NCBI GenBank assembly: GCA_934660865.1
Contig: CAKUIA010000013.1
Coordinates: 1-32,000 of the forward strand
Length of the DNA stretch: 32,000 nucleotides
From: an uncultured Opitutales bacterium
GTDB taxonomy: Bacteria > Verrucomicrobiota > Verrucomicrobiia > Opitutales > Intestinicryptomonadaceae
Direction: 5' to 3'
Shown here: one piece after another, positions 1-9,105 of the stretch
Position numbering within the stretch: the first letter of the stretch is position 1
Layout: every line of letters begins with the position of its first letter
Notes under the pieces: model-generated
The model's database searches: none
Told to the model about the DNA's origin: nothing
What the model saw: only the letters and a program-made list of their open reading frames with translations
Made by a program: the position numbers and the translations under genes

Positions 1-759
1 GCTCAATGTTGAAAAGACCTCCCATACTGCCATTTGCATTTTATTTTGCAAGCCTTTTTTTAGGGAAAAAGAAAAATTTTTTAAGATTTCTTTAAAAATT
101 TTTTGCCCTAAAATTGCATCTACTTGAAAACGAACAAAATTTCGCCATAAAACGGATATCAAAAAAATTTTGATTTTCTTGGCATTTAGTATCACCAAGC
201 ACCATTTCGACTATACTTACTATCACTTTTATGAAGATTTTTTGAGAATTTTTTTAAAAAGCAACACCCTTTTTTGCACCAAAAAAGGCTTCTATTTTTT
301 TATTTTTTGCAAAAAACGAACTATTTTTCGCGGAAAATTCCCTAAAAAAATACTTTCTTTTTAAAATTTTGCGCGCATAAAAACACAAAAAAATTGCCTA
401 AATGCCAGTAAATATGCGGCATTTGCGGTTTGCAAGGCGCAAAACTTGCATAAAAAAAAGCATTTTCTTTTTCGTTTTTACAACATTTAGAGGAGCGAAA
501 AAAAACAAAATGTCGGGCAAAACAAATTCGCCCAAAACCAAGCATTTATGCGGTTTGTAAGCCAGCAATAAAACTTTTTTAAATACGCATTTAAAAAAAA
601 TTTCGGGTGTTTTTTGTTTTTAGACGAAGTATTTATCCGCAAATTTTATGCGCGGCAACCGCGCACACAACACCCGCAAATGCGCATAAATACTACTCAA
701 AACAACTGTTTTTCGGAAAATTTTGCGCAAAATATTTACTTTTTTTGCGCAAACAAAAT
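1..759. other. Long A/T-rich region with no credible ORF
   Basis: Only short low-complexity ORFs in all six frames (Phe/Lys/Ile-rich translations of A/T runs). It holds many TTTTGC/GCAAAA-type words and one imperfect direct repeat. Confidence 0.6.
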
Positions 760-1227
760 TTACAGCTGCATTTGAATATCCACCCTGTCGAACATCGGCT
801 TTATGCCTTTAATTTCGACAAAGCCAAGTTTGCGATACAGTGAAATTGCGGGTTTTAGCTTGGTGTTGCTTTCCAAATATATTTTTTTAGGCGAAAGTGT
901 TTTTGCCTTTTCTATTGCAGCTTCGCACAGCTTTCTGCCAAGCCCCATGCCTAGATACTTTTCGTCTACCGCAAGTTTCGCCATTTCGTAGGCGTATTCT
1001 GCCGTGTTTATTTTTAAAAGCGAAACCGTGCCCGCAACAACGCCGTTTACGAGGGCAAAAAATATATACCCGCCCTTTTCCACTATTTCGGCTTTGGGAT
1101 TTTCGAAAACTTTTTCGTCTACACTTTCTATTTTAAAATAGCGGGTAATCCATGCGCGATTTAGCGATACAAAAAAATCTTTGTATTCGTCTTTATATTC
1201 TACAATCTCTAAAGTATCGCTATTCAT
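760..1227 (-). CDS. GNAT family N-acetyltransferase
   Basis: 155-aa ORF with ATG start. The segment LAVDEKYLGMGLGRKLCEAAIEKAK matches the GNAT acetyl-CoA binding (R/Q-x-x-G-x-G/A) region, and the size is typical. Confidence 0.8.
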   Translation of the reverse strand: MNSDTLEIVEYKDEYKDFFVSLNRAWITRYFKIESVDEKVFENPKAEIVEKGGYIFFALVNGVVAGTVSLLKINTAEYAYEMAKLAVDEKYLGMGLGRKLCEAAIEKAKTLSPKKIYLESNTKLKPAISLYRKLGFVEIKGIKPMFDRVDIQMQL

Positions 1228-1341
1228 AAAGCTTTGCAGTTAATCTTTATTAAATTGGTAGTATATAAAAATAGCGATTGGAAAAATTTTCAAGAAAAAA
1301 TTTCGGCAAAGAAAAAACAGCCTAATCGCATTTTTATTTGC

Positions 1342-1378
1342 AAAAAAACGGGCTTAAAGCGCAAAGCCTTAAACCCGT
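1342..1378 (-). terminator. Rho-independent terminator downstream of tkt
   Basis: On the minus strand, hairpin ACGGGTTTAAGGC/GCTTTAAGCCCGT (one wobble) is followed by a T7 run, 26 nt after the tkt stop. Confidence 0.6.
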
Positions 1379-1403
1379 AAAAAGATTTTATGCGGTATAT
1401 TGA

Positions 1404-3374
1404 CTAGGCCTTTGCAAAGGCCACAACTTTGTCTACCGTAAAGCCGAAGTGGTCGAACAACTCCGAACCGTTTGCCGAAAAGCCGAAGCTGTCGGTTGCA
1501 ATGCAACGGTTGGCATATTTGTACCACGGCAAGCTGGACCCCGCTTCTATCGAGATAACGTCTGCACATTCGGGCAACACCGAGTCTTTGTACTCTTGGC
1601 TTTGCGCTTCGAACAGCGACATGCAGGGCATTGAAACAACCCTTGTGCCGGCGCCCAATTTTTCGGCCGCAGCCAATGCCAACGAAACTTCCGAACCGGT
1701 TGCAATTAAAATGCGTTCCAAATCTGTCGTTTCTTCCTTAATTACGTATGCGCCCTTAAGCAAACCTTCGCGCTTATATTGTGACGAAACGCTTTTAATT
1801 AAAGGCAGGTTTTGGCGCGACAAGATAAGGGCTGTAGGCTTTTTGGAAGCGTATGCCTGCGCAAAGGCCGCGGCCGTTTCTTCGCTGTCGGCGGGGCGTA
1901 TTACCTGCAAATTGGGAATTGCGCGCAGCATTGCAACCGTTTCTACAGGCTGGTGTGTTGGGCCGTCGAAACCTACGCCGATTGAGTCGTGCGTAAATAT
2001 GTATTGAACGGGAAGCTTTGCCAAGGCCGCTATGCGGATAGAGCCCATCATATAGCCCGCAAAAGTAAGGAATGTTGCACCCGACGGCATAAAGAAACCG
2101 TCGTAGGCAATGCCGTTCATAATACCGCCCATCGCGTGTTCCCTAATGCCGAACCAAATATTGCGGCCAGCGTAGTTTTCGCTAGAAAAGTCGCCGCCGT
2201 CTTTAATGTAGTTCTTTGTAGAGCCGAACAAGTCTGCCGAGCCCGTAACAATAGTCTGCGAAAGCGCCGCGATTTTGTTTAGTACAACACCGCCGCTTAT
2301 GCGCGAAGCGCTCTTGTCGTCGGCGGCAAATTCGGGAACGGCCTTCATTATTTCTTCGGCACTTTGCAACGATTTTTTTGTAAGGCAATCGTCTATCTGC
2401 GCCGCTTTGTCGGGATTTGCCAGCGCCCAGTCTTCGAACTTCTTGTTCCAGGCGTCGTATTTTTCGATACGCTTTTCGTTCAGTTTTTCGAAATATTCCC
2501 TAACTTCGTCGGAAAGATAAAAGGCCTGTTCGGGAAGCCCCAACGCCTTTTTGGATTCCGCCGCAAACTTTGCGCCGCCTTCGCCGTGGCCTTTAGATGT
2601 GCCTTCGACTTCGGCAATGCCCTTTGCGATTTTAGTGTGGGCAATAACAATCTTGGGTTTGCCGTTGCGCTCGGCCTTTGCTGCCGCCAAAACCTCGCTT
2701 AAAGCGTCCAAATTGTGACCGTCTACTTCGTATACCGAAAATCCGTACGATTCGAAACGCATTTTTGCGTTGTCGCTAATCGTCTTGCTTGCGGGGGCGT
2801 CTAGCGTGATTGCGTTCGAGTCGTATATAAGAACCAAATTGTCGAGCTTTAAATGCCCCGCCAACGAACAGGCTTCGGCGCTAATGCCTTCCTGGAAGCA
2901 GCCGTCGCCTGCCAGGCAGAAAATTGTGTGGTTGAAAAGCTCTTTGCTCCATTTTGCGGCCGCCATTTTTGCCGACATTGCAAAGCCCACTGCGTTTGCA
3001 ACACCCTGCCCCAACGGGCCCGTTGTGGTTTCCACACCGTCGGTTTCGCCGAATTCGGGGTGCCCGGGGGTTTTAGAACCCATGTGGCGGAACTTGCTTA
3101 AATCCTCAACCGATACGTCGTATCCGCATATGCAGAGCCATTCGTATAGAAACATACTGCCGTGGCCGGCGCTTAATATAAACCTGTCGCGGCCAAGCCA
3201 TCTGGAGTCTTTCGGGTTAAAATCCATTATTTGCGAAAACAAAACGGCACCTATTTCGGCGCAGCCCAAAGGCAAGCCCAAGTGCCCAGAATTTACCGCC
3301 GCGACGGCGTCTATAGCCAAACCGCGTGCTTCGTTTGCAGCCTGTTGTAAAATTTTATTCGCTAGATTATTCAT
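1404..3374 (-). CDS. tkt: Transketolase
   Basis: 656-aa ORF with ATG start. It carries the diagnostic motifs GHLGLPLG, GDGCFQEG (TPP binding) and THDSIGVGFDGPTHQ. Confidence 0.95.
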   Translation of the reverse strand: MNNLANKILQQAANEARGLAIDAVAAVNSGHLGLPLGCAEIGAVLFSQIMDFNPKDSRWLGRDRFILSAGHGSMFLYEWLCICGYDVSVEDLSKFRHMGSKTPGHPEFGETDGVETTTGPLGQGVANAVGFAMSAKMAAAKWSKELFNHTIFCLAGDGCFQEGISAEACSLAGHLKLDNLVLIYDSNAITLDAPASKTISDNAKMRFESYGFSVYEVDGHNLDALSEVLAAAKAERNGKPKIVIAHTKIAKGIAEVEGTSKGHGEGGAKFAAESKKALGLPEQAFYLSDEVREYFEKLNEKRIEKYDAWNKKFEDWALANPDKAAQIDDCLTKKSLQSAEEIMKAVPEFAADDKSASRISGGVVLNKIAALSQTIVTGSADLFGSTKNYIKDGGDFSSENYAGRNIWFGIREHAMGGIMNGIAYDGFFMPSGATFLTFAGYMMGSIRIAALAKLPVQYIFTHDSIGVGFDGPTHQPVETVAMLRAIPNLQVIRPADSEETAAAFAQAYASKKPTALILSRQNLPLIKSVSSQYKREGLLKGAYVIKEETTDLERILIATGSEVSLALAAAEKLGAGTRVVSMPCMSLFEAQSQEYKDSVLPECADVISIEAGSSLPWYKYANRCIATDSFGFSANGSELFDHFGFTVDKVVAFAKA

Positions 3375-3501
3375 AATATCGATTTACCATAATAAAAATT
3401 TTACGCATATTGCAAGTATTTTTAAAAAGAAAAAGCTTGATATAAAAGCGGCGTTTTTACAGACTAAAAGCTTTAACATTACAAATTTTAACAGATATAA
3501 G

Positions 3502-4254
3502 ATGAGCGATTTGAATAAATTTAGAGGCCCGCACCAATCGAAGTACAAACCGATTTCTCCCGATTCCGACGTATTCGGATTGGAAGGAGTAAAAGTTCCC
3601 GACCCGAACAACGTAAAGAGCGCCGACGAGCGCAAAACGGTTATAGCCGACGCAGACTTTGAAAATCTTGACTTCGACGACAGGGTTTGGCTTTGGTGGC
3701 GCGAAAACAAAAAATCGGTCATTTTGGCTGTTGTAGTGTCTTTTGTGCTTATAATTGGCGTAAATGCCTACAAGCTTGTTTCGCACCAGGCAATGATTGC
3801 CGAGCAGACCGCATACAACGCCTGTTCAGACGCCAAATCGCTTGAAGAATTTGCCCTAAACAACGGCGGAACGCTCGGGGCTGTTGCAGCATTGCAAAGC
3901 GGCGACGACCTCTTTAAAAAAGCAAAATTTGCCGAAGCAAAAAGCTTTTACGCCAAGGCGGAAAAAGGCTTAAAAGGCAACCCCCTTTTGGGAAGGGCGG
4001 CCCTAGGCGTAGCATTTAGCGAAATCGCGTTGGGCAACAAGGCCGAAGGCAAAAAAGCCCTTGCAGACATTGTGCAGAACGCGCAGGTAAACGAAGCGTT
4101 TAAAATTCAGGCGCAATACGAATTGGGCGTAATGGAATTTGCCGACGGCAACAAAGACGCCGCAAAGAAAACCCTGCAGGCGGTTGCCGACAACCCCGCT
4201 TCGGGCATGTACGGGCAACAGGCAAACAGCTTTATTTTAATAAACATAAAATAG
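3502..4254 (+). CDS. Membrane-anchored TPR-like protein (YfgM-like architecture)
   Basis: In-frame ATG at 3502 within track ORF 2770..4254; the upstream part is antisense to tkt. One TM helix SVILAVVVSFVLIIGVNAY is followed by Ala/Lys-rich helical repeats (KFAEAKSFYAKAEKGLKG...). Confidence 0.6.
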   Translation: MSDLNKFRGPHQSKYKPISPDSDVFGLEGVKVPDPNNVKSADERKTVIADADFENLDFDDRVWLWWRENKKSVILAVVVSFVLIIGVNAYKLVSHQAMIAEQTAYNACSDAKSLEEFALNNGGTLGAVAALQSGDDLFKKAKFAEAKSFYAKAEKGLKGNPLLGRAALGVAFSEIALGNKAEGKKALADIVQNAQVNEAFKIQAQYELGVMEFADGNKDAAKKTLQAVADNPASGMYGQQANSFILINIK

Positions 4255-4276
4255 CAAAAGCGCAGTTTTAAACACT

Positions 4277-4311
4277 AAAATGCGGCTAAAGTTTTTTACG
4301 CCGCATTTTTT
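4277..4311 (+). terminator. Rho-independent terminator
   Basis: AAAATGCGGC...GCCGCATTTTTT hairpin plus T6, 23 nt after the stop at 4254. Confidence 0.6.
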
Positions 4312-4330
4312 GTAGACCCAAAGAAAATTT

Positions 4331-5350
4331 ATGAACAAAGACGAAATTATATCCACGCTAAAGGCCGTAAAATATTCGAATTTCGACCGCGACATTATCT
4401 CGCTTGGAATGTTGAAATATTTAAAGTGCGAAAACAACGAGATAGACGCCAGAATTTTTGTGGGCAAAAACACCGCCGAGGGCGAAAAGACGGTGGAAAA
4501 AATCAAAGCCGTTTTGTCGCAAAAATACCCGTCGGCAAAAATATCCGTTTCGCTTCTGGCCGAAAACCCCGACGCGCAGGCAATGCCGCAAAACAAAGAC
4601 GACGTTTTAAAAGACGTTAAAATAAAGATTGCCGTGGCCTCGGGCAAAGGCGGCGTAGGCAAAAGCACGGTTGCCATAAATTTGGCAAGGGCCTTTGCAA
4701 GAATTTTCGGCAGCGGCAACGTTGCCCTGATGGACTGCGATTTATACGGGCCAAGCGCGTCGCTTTTGGCGGGCGAAAAAAGCCGTTTAATGTGCTCCGA
4801 TTCCGGCAAGATTTTGCCGAAACTTACAAACGGCATAAAAATGGTTTCGATGGGGCTTTTGGTGGACGACAACCAAGCCCTTATTTGGCGCGGGCCCATG
4901 GTTATGAGCGCGCTGAAACAGTTTGTAAACGACGTCGACTGGGGCAAGGCCGACGCAATGGTTTTAGACCTTCCCCCGGGAACGGGCGACGCCGTGCTAA
5001 GCGCGGTTCAGCTTATGAAGATAGACGGGGCTGTGGTTGTAACAACCCCCAACGAATTGGCGTCGATTACCGCGCTTAGAGGCAGCGAAATCTTCACAAA
5101 AACTGACATCCCTATTTTGGGCGTTGTCGAAAATATGGCGTATCTCGAAATGCCGGACGGCTCTAAAAACTACATTTTCGGGCAGTCGTCTACCGCGCAG
5201 AAAGTGGCTGCCGAGCTTAAAAGCGAAGTTTTGGCCGAAATACCGATAGACAAATCGCTGCAAAACTTCGGCGAGAACACGCAAAGCGAAAACAGCCAAG
5301 CCCTTTTCGACAACATTGCAAGGGCAATTATAGCAAAAATAAAAAAGTAG
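4331..5350 (+). CDS. apbC: Mrp/NBP35-family Fe-S cluster carrier ATPase (ApbC)
   Basis: Deviant Walker A in KIAVASGKGGVGKSTVAINLA, plus MDCDLYGPS, LDLPPGTGD and an N-terminal DUF59-like segment. 339 aa. Confidence 0.9.
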   Translation: MNKDEIISTLKAVKYSNFDRDIISLGMLKYLKCENNEIDARIFVGKNTAEGEKTVEKIKAVLSQKYPSAKISVSLLAENPDAQAMPQNKDDVLKDVKIKIAVASGKGGVGKSTVAINLARAFARIFGSGNVALMDCDLYGPSASLLAGEKSRLMCSDSGKILPKLTNGIKMVSMGLLVDDNQALIWRGPMVMSALKQFVNDVDWGKADAMVLDLPPGTGDAVLSAVQLMKIDGAVVVTTPNELASITALRGSEIFTKTDIPILGVVENMAYLEMPDGSKNYIFGQSSTAQKVAAELKSEVLAEIPIDKSLQNFGENTQSENSQALFDNIARAIIAKIKK

Positions 5351-5370
5351 CTTGCAACGCAACAAAAAAC

Positions 5371-5411
5371 AAAAAAGCCCGACAACTCCCAAAAATTGTC
5401 GGGCTTTTTTT
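5371..5411. terminator. Bidirectional Rho-independent terminator between convergent genes
   Basis: AAAAA-AGCCCGACAA...TTGTCGGGCT-TTTTTT. The perfect 10-bp stem is flanked by an A-run and a T-run, and sits between the apbC stop (5350) and the DUF475 gene stop (5449). Confidence 0.75.
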
Positions 5412-5448
5412 GCGCGGTTGCAGAATATAAAATTTCGGCAAAATCCTA

Positions 5449-6498
5449 TTACTTAAAAATCCTAAAACGCCTGAACTTGCCTATTTTTATGTTGCGCAAA
5501 TTAAGGCTAATTTTCCTGTTCTGCATAAGCGACGAAACCAGAGAGGAGGCAATGAACACAACGCTTATAACGGCCGCCAAATCGTCGGAAACCTCGGCAA
5601 AGGCCGAATACAGCATTATGAACGAAAGCGCGCCCACGGCCCAATATGCGCCGTTTTGCAGATACGGGAATTTGTCGAGAGTTTTGTGCTCGACAAGCAC
5701 CACCGTTAGCGACCTTACAAACATTGCGCCCACGGCCAAACCTATGGTTATTATTATAACGTCTTTCGACAGCGCAAAGGCCCCCAACACGCCGTCCAGC
5801 GAAAACGATGCGTCTATAAGCTCCAAATATAAAAACGACACCAGGCCCGCATACGCCGCATTCTTTGCCATATTCGCCCTTTTGTCGAAAAACGAGGCGA
5901 CCGCCTCTATTGCAAAGTGCAGCAAAATGCCCACCGTGCCCGACAAAATGGAAACAAGCCTTTGTTCGGGCTGCAAGAACACCTGCAAAAGCCCCAAAAG
6001 CAAAAAGCCGCAAATTTCCTTCGAAAACGGTATTTTGCCGATTTTTTCAAGCACAAGCTCCGGCATTTTAAGCCAGTGTGCCTTGCCCTTTTCGAACATA
6101 AAGCCCAAAAAAAGCATAAGCAAAAACATAGAGCCGAAAGACGCAATGGCGTAGTGGCACGCCGACAGGTGCGCGGAATATTCGTCGGGGTTGTGCAAAG
6201 CCAAATCTATAACCGATCCCATCGAAATTTCGGCGAAAACGGCAACCAGCAAAACGGGGAACAAAAATCTCATTCCGAACACCGCAATTAAAATGCCCCA
6301 TGTAAGGAAACGCCTGCGCCAAGCCTTTGACATTTTCGAAAGCTTTACGGCGTTTACCACCGCATTGTCGAACGATATGCTAATTTCAAGCAAAACAATG
6401 GCCAAAACGCTTACCGCAACCGCAACGCCGCCATGAAAATATGCGTAAATTAGGCCGCCAATCAAACAGACAATATCGTATGCAAAAAACCGTATCAT
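5449..6498 (-). CDS. DUF475/TerC-like integral membrane protein
   Basis: 349-aa polytopic hydrophobic protein with ATG start. The motif EISISFDNAVVNA is what I recall as typical of the DUF475 family. Confidence 0.7.
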   Translation of the reverse strand: MIRFFAYDIVCLIGGLIYAYFHGGVAVAVSVLAIVLLEISISFDNAVVNAVKLSKMSKAWRRRFLTWGILIAVFGMRFLFPVLLVAVFAEISMGSVIDLALHNPDEYSAHLSACHYAIASFGSMFLLMLFLGFMFEKGKAHWLKMPELVLEKIGKIPFSKEICGFLLLGLLQVFLQPEQRLVSILSGTVGILLHFAIEAVASFFDKRANMAKNAAYAGLVSFLYLELIDASFSLDGVLGAFALSKDVIIITIGLAVGAMFVRSLTVVLVEHKTLDKFPYLQNGAYWAVGALSFIMLYSAFAEVSDDLAAVISVVFIASSLVSSLMQNRKISLNLRNIKIGKFRRFRIFK

Positions 6499-6556
6499 TT
6501 AAACAACGCTACATACCGCAAAAAAGTTTGCAATATTTATCGAAAAATTTGGGCAT

Positions 6557-6587
6557 AAAAAAACTTCGAAAGCCAAAGCTTTCGAAG
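6557..6587 (-). terminator. Rho-independent terminator
   Basis: On the minus strand, stem CTTCGAAAGC/GCTTTCGAAG is followed by T7, 22 nt after the stop at 6609. Confidence 0.65.
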
Positions 6588-6608
6588 TTTTATTGAAATC
6601 GTTTTAGA

Positions 6609-7097
6609 CTATTTGGATTTTTTCGAATAAAACTCGGTCATTACCTTTAATTGGTAGTCGTATTCTTCCTTCGAAATTCTGCCCGCTTTGCGGAGGGCGT
6701 CTAGCTTCATAAAGTTGTAGGTAAAGTCGCCGAAAGAATCTTTGCCTGGGTATGCGGGCAAATATTCGGGCTTAAGCTGCGCGTTTACGTCGGCAGGAAG
6801 AAGCTTCTTGTAAAAGCCAGTGTCTACCAAAGGACCGAATTTTATATACGGATTTTCCGCCGTGGGAGAAAGCGTGAATGTTTCGGCCAAATAGCCCTCT
6901 TTCTGGAGTTTTATAGTGTAGGTAGAGTCGCTTATAAGCCTTGTTGTGCAGGGAGTAGTCCCCACCTTTTCGCCGTTTACAAAAACTTCGGCGCCCTGGG
7001 GATTGGAATTTACTGCAACATCTTCGCCGTAGTATGTGGAACACGCCGAAAATAGTAGCGCCGCAAAAGAGAGGGGAATAAGTATGAATTTTTTCAT
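6609..7097 (-). CDS. PEGA domain lipoprotein
   Basis: Signal peptide with lipobox (MKKFILIPLSFAALLFSAC), then NPQGAEVFVNGEKVGTTP, which matches the PEGA motif. Confidence 0.7.
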   Translation of the reverse strand: MKKFILIPLSFAALLFSACSTYYGEDVAVNSNPQGAEVFVNGEKVGTTPCTTRLISDSTYTIKLQKEGYLAETFTLSPTAENPYIKFGPLVDTGFYKKLLPADVNAQLKPEYLPAYPGKDSFGDFTYNFMKLDALRKAGRISKEEYDYQLKVMTEFYSKKSK

Positions 7098-7254
7098 TTT
7101 AGCCTGTGTAAAAGTTATGTCTTAAAAGTGCTTGTAGTAAAGCATTGTAAAAGGTGCGCGTCAAGCATATTTTCGCATATATGCGGCACAAAGTTAAACA
7201 CTGCTGCAAAAGCTTTGGCCGCATGCGCGCAAAAATACGCCCTTTTTCGCATTC

Positions 7255-8055
7255 CTATAGCTTGGAAAGCTCGGTGGAACGGTTTTTGGCGGCAACAAGG
7301 CATTTTTCGACAGCCTCGCGTATATTGTAGTCTGCCAAAACCTTTAAGCCGGCCAAAGTCGTGCCTCCGGGGCTTGAAACCGCGTTTCTAAGCTCGGCCG
7401 CCGACAATTCGCTTTTCTCGAGCAAAGCCGCCGAACCTATCAATGTTTGGTAGGTCAGTTCCTTTGCCTCTTTTTCGTTAAAGCCTATTTTTATTGCGCC
7501 CTGTATCATGGCGTCGGCTATTTCGAAGATATAGCCCGGCCCGCTGCCCGAAAGCGCGGTTACGGCGTCTAGCTGCGTTTCCTCTACGGGGATGTAGCGC
7601 CCCATGGCGGCAAAAATGCCCTCTACCTTTTGCCTTTGCGCGTCGCTTAGCGGGTTTTTACTTGCATAGCAGGTTATGCCCAAGCCTATTTGGGCCGCCA
7701 TATTGGGCATTGCCCTTACAATATTGCCGGCTTTCGGGAATTTTGCCGAAAGCTTTTCTATGCAAGTTCCAGCCAAAATCGAAACCAGAATTTCGGGAGA
7801 GGCATTTTCGGCCAACTTCGAAATGCCCGCAAGCTGCTGCGGTTTGCACGCCAACGCCAAAACGTCGAACTTGTTTGCAAAAAATTCGCCTTCGCCAAGC
7901 AGCGCAATGCCCGTTGCCTGCGACAGGATTTTGCCCGTATCGTCGGAGCCGCAAATGCAGCAGATTTCTGACGGGCTAACGCCCTTTGCTATAAGCCCCT
8001 TTACTATTGCGGACGCCATTTTGCCCGCGCCTATAAAAGAATATTTGTAGTTCAT
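7255..8055 (-). CDS. proC: Pyrroline-5-carboxylate reductase
   Basis: 266 aa. It has an N-terminal Rossmann fold (FIGAGKMASAI) and the C-terminal ProC signatures SGSGPGY and VSSPGGTT. Confidence 0.9.
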   Translation of the reverse strand: MNYKYSFIGAGKMASAIVKGLIAKGVSPSEICCICGSDDTGKILSQATGIALLGEGEFFANKFDVLALACKPQQLAGISKLAENASPEILVSILAGTCIEKLSAKFPKAGNIVRAMPNMAAQIGLGITCYASKNPLSDAQRQKVEGIFAAMGRYIPVEETQLDAVTALSGSGPGYIFEIADAMIQGAIKIGFNEKEAKELTYQTLIGSAALLEKSELSAAELRNAVSSPGGTTLAGLKVLADYNIREAVEKCLVAAKNRSTELSKL

Positions 8056-8184
8056 ATCGTAAAAACTTTGTGCCTTTTAGGCTGACAGAATTTAAAAAAT
8101 TGTCAACAACGCCCCGCAAAATTAGTTAAAACCCGAAAAATTTTGTTGAAAGCGGCTTTTGTTTTAAAGTAGTGTAAAAGGCAT

Positions 8185-9012
8185 ATGAATAAATGTTTTT
8201 CTATTATTTTGCAGGCACTTTGCCTGTTGTTTGTATGCGGCTGCCACAGCTCTTTGGTTGTAAAGGAAGGCGCCGCCTTTAAAGGCAAAAAAAGCTTTTA
8301 CGTGCAGTCGCCTAAAAATCAGGACTACGCTTTTATGCGCAACACCGCCGACAGGGGAAAAGCCCTAAACGGCAAAATGGTTGAATATATAATAGAGGTG
8401 TTGTCGGAACGCGGTATGGTTTGCGTAAACGACATTTCCGCGGCCGAGGTAATCTTTACCCCCGTATGGGGCGAATCGCTTGAATTCGACGAAAACGCAC
8501 ATTCTACAACACCGCAGGCGTCGTCTACACTCGAAATTCAGGCGGCGTTTAAACCCAACCAGGAATGGCAATGGCGCGGCTTGTCTACCGAAAGCATAAC
8601 GGCATACAACCTAAGCGAAACAAAAATAAAAGAGGCGGTAGACATGTGCCTTGAGGGCTTCCCCCCCGAAGACCACCCCTCTGGACGCGACGTATACAAG
8701 GCAAAAGAGGCCGAAAAAAAGGCAAAAGAGGAAAATCCTTTCGAGCATATTGTTGTAGAAGCGCCTAAAAAAGCCGAGGCTGCAAACACAAAAGCCGAAG
8801 CCAAAAAGGCCGAAACGGTTAAAAAGCCCGCAAAGGTAGAGCAGGTAGACAAAGACAATCCCTTTGCCGACATTGTTGTTGAAAACCCCGACGCCTGGAA
8901 AAAGTTTTCGATTTACGACGACGCCCCCGAAAGCGCGGCCAACGTTGAAAAGCGCGAAAAGGCCGCAGCGGCCCAAAAGGCAAAACAGGCGGCCGAAAAA
9001 AGCGGCAAATAG
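8185..9012 (+). CDS. Putative lipoprotein with Lys/Ala/Glu-rich C-terminal tail
   Basis: Signal peptide ending in Cys (LCLLFVCGC). The C-terminal low-complexity region contains two copies of an NPF-x-x-IVVE-x-P motif. No family recognised. Confidence 0.55.
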   Translation: MNKCFSIILQALCLLFVCGCHSSLVVKEGAAFKGKKSFYVQSPKNQDYAFMRNTADRGKALNGKMVEYIIEVLSERGMVCVNDISAAEVIFTPVWGESLEFDENAHSTTPQASSTLEIQAAFKPNQEWQWRGLSTESITAYNLSETKIKEAVDMCLEGFPPEDHPSGRDVYKAKEAEKKAKEENPFEHIVVEAPKKAEAANTKAEAKKAETVKKPAKVEQVDKDNPFADIVVENPDAWKKFSIYDDAPESAANVEKREKAAAAQKAKQAAEKSGK

Positions 9013-9049
9013 CAAAAGCCTTTTTTATATATTATAGAAAAACCGCAAC

Positions 9050-9086
9050 AAAAAAAGAGAGGTTTCCATATCCTCTCTTTTTTTTG
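9050..9086. terminator. Bidirectional Rho-independent terminator between convergent genes
   Basis: A-run, then stem AAAAGAGAGG/CCTCTCTTTT, then T-run. It sits between the stop at 9012 (+) and the nadA stop at 9106 (-). Confidence 0.7.
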
Positions 9087-9105
9087 TTTTCCGACAAAGC
9101 CGCTT

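Noticed and set aside
1-41. Possible 5-prime end of a minus-strand gene running off the left edge (ATGCAAATGGCAGTATGGGAG...)
   Set aside because: Only 13 codons are visible, so this cannot be distinguished from chance.
1-759. Chromosomal replication origin (oriC)
   Set aside because: I found only one near-consensus DnaA box (TTATCCGCA near 636..644) and one weaker match near 775..783. There is no cluster, and no dnaA, dnaN or other origin-linked genes are adjacent. The evidence is insufficient.
2770-3501. The 5-prime two-thirds of the 494-aa plus-strand track ORF
   Set aside because: This part is entirely antisense to the strongly supported transketolase gene and translates to low-information sequence. 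The real gene most likely starts at the in-frame ATG at 3502, after the tkt start.
4237-4947. 236-aa minus-strand ORF
   Set aside because: It is antisense to the Mrp/ApbC gene, which has clear motifs. It is a shadow ORF produced by codon bias, with no recognisable motif.
5396-6154. 252-aa plus-strand ORF
   Set aside because: It is antisense to the DUF475 membrane protein gene. It starts inside the terminator hairpin and has Ser/Thr/Ala-rich low-complexity composition.
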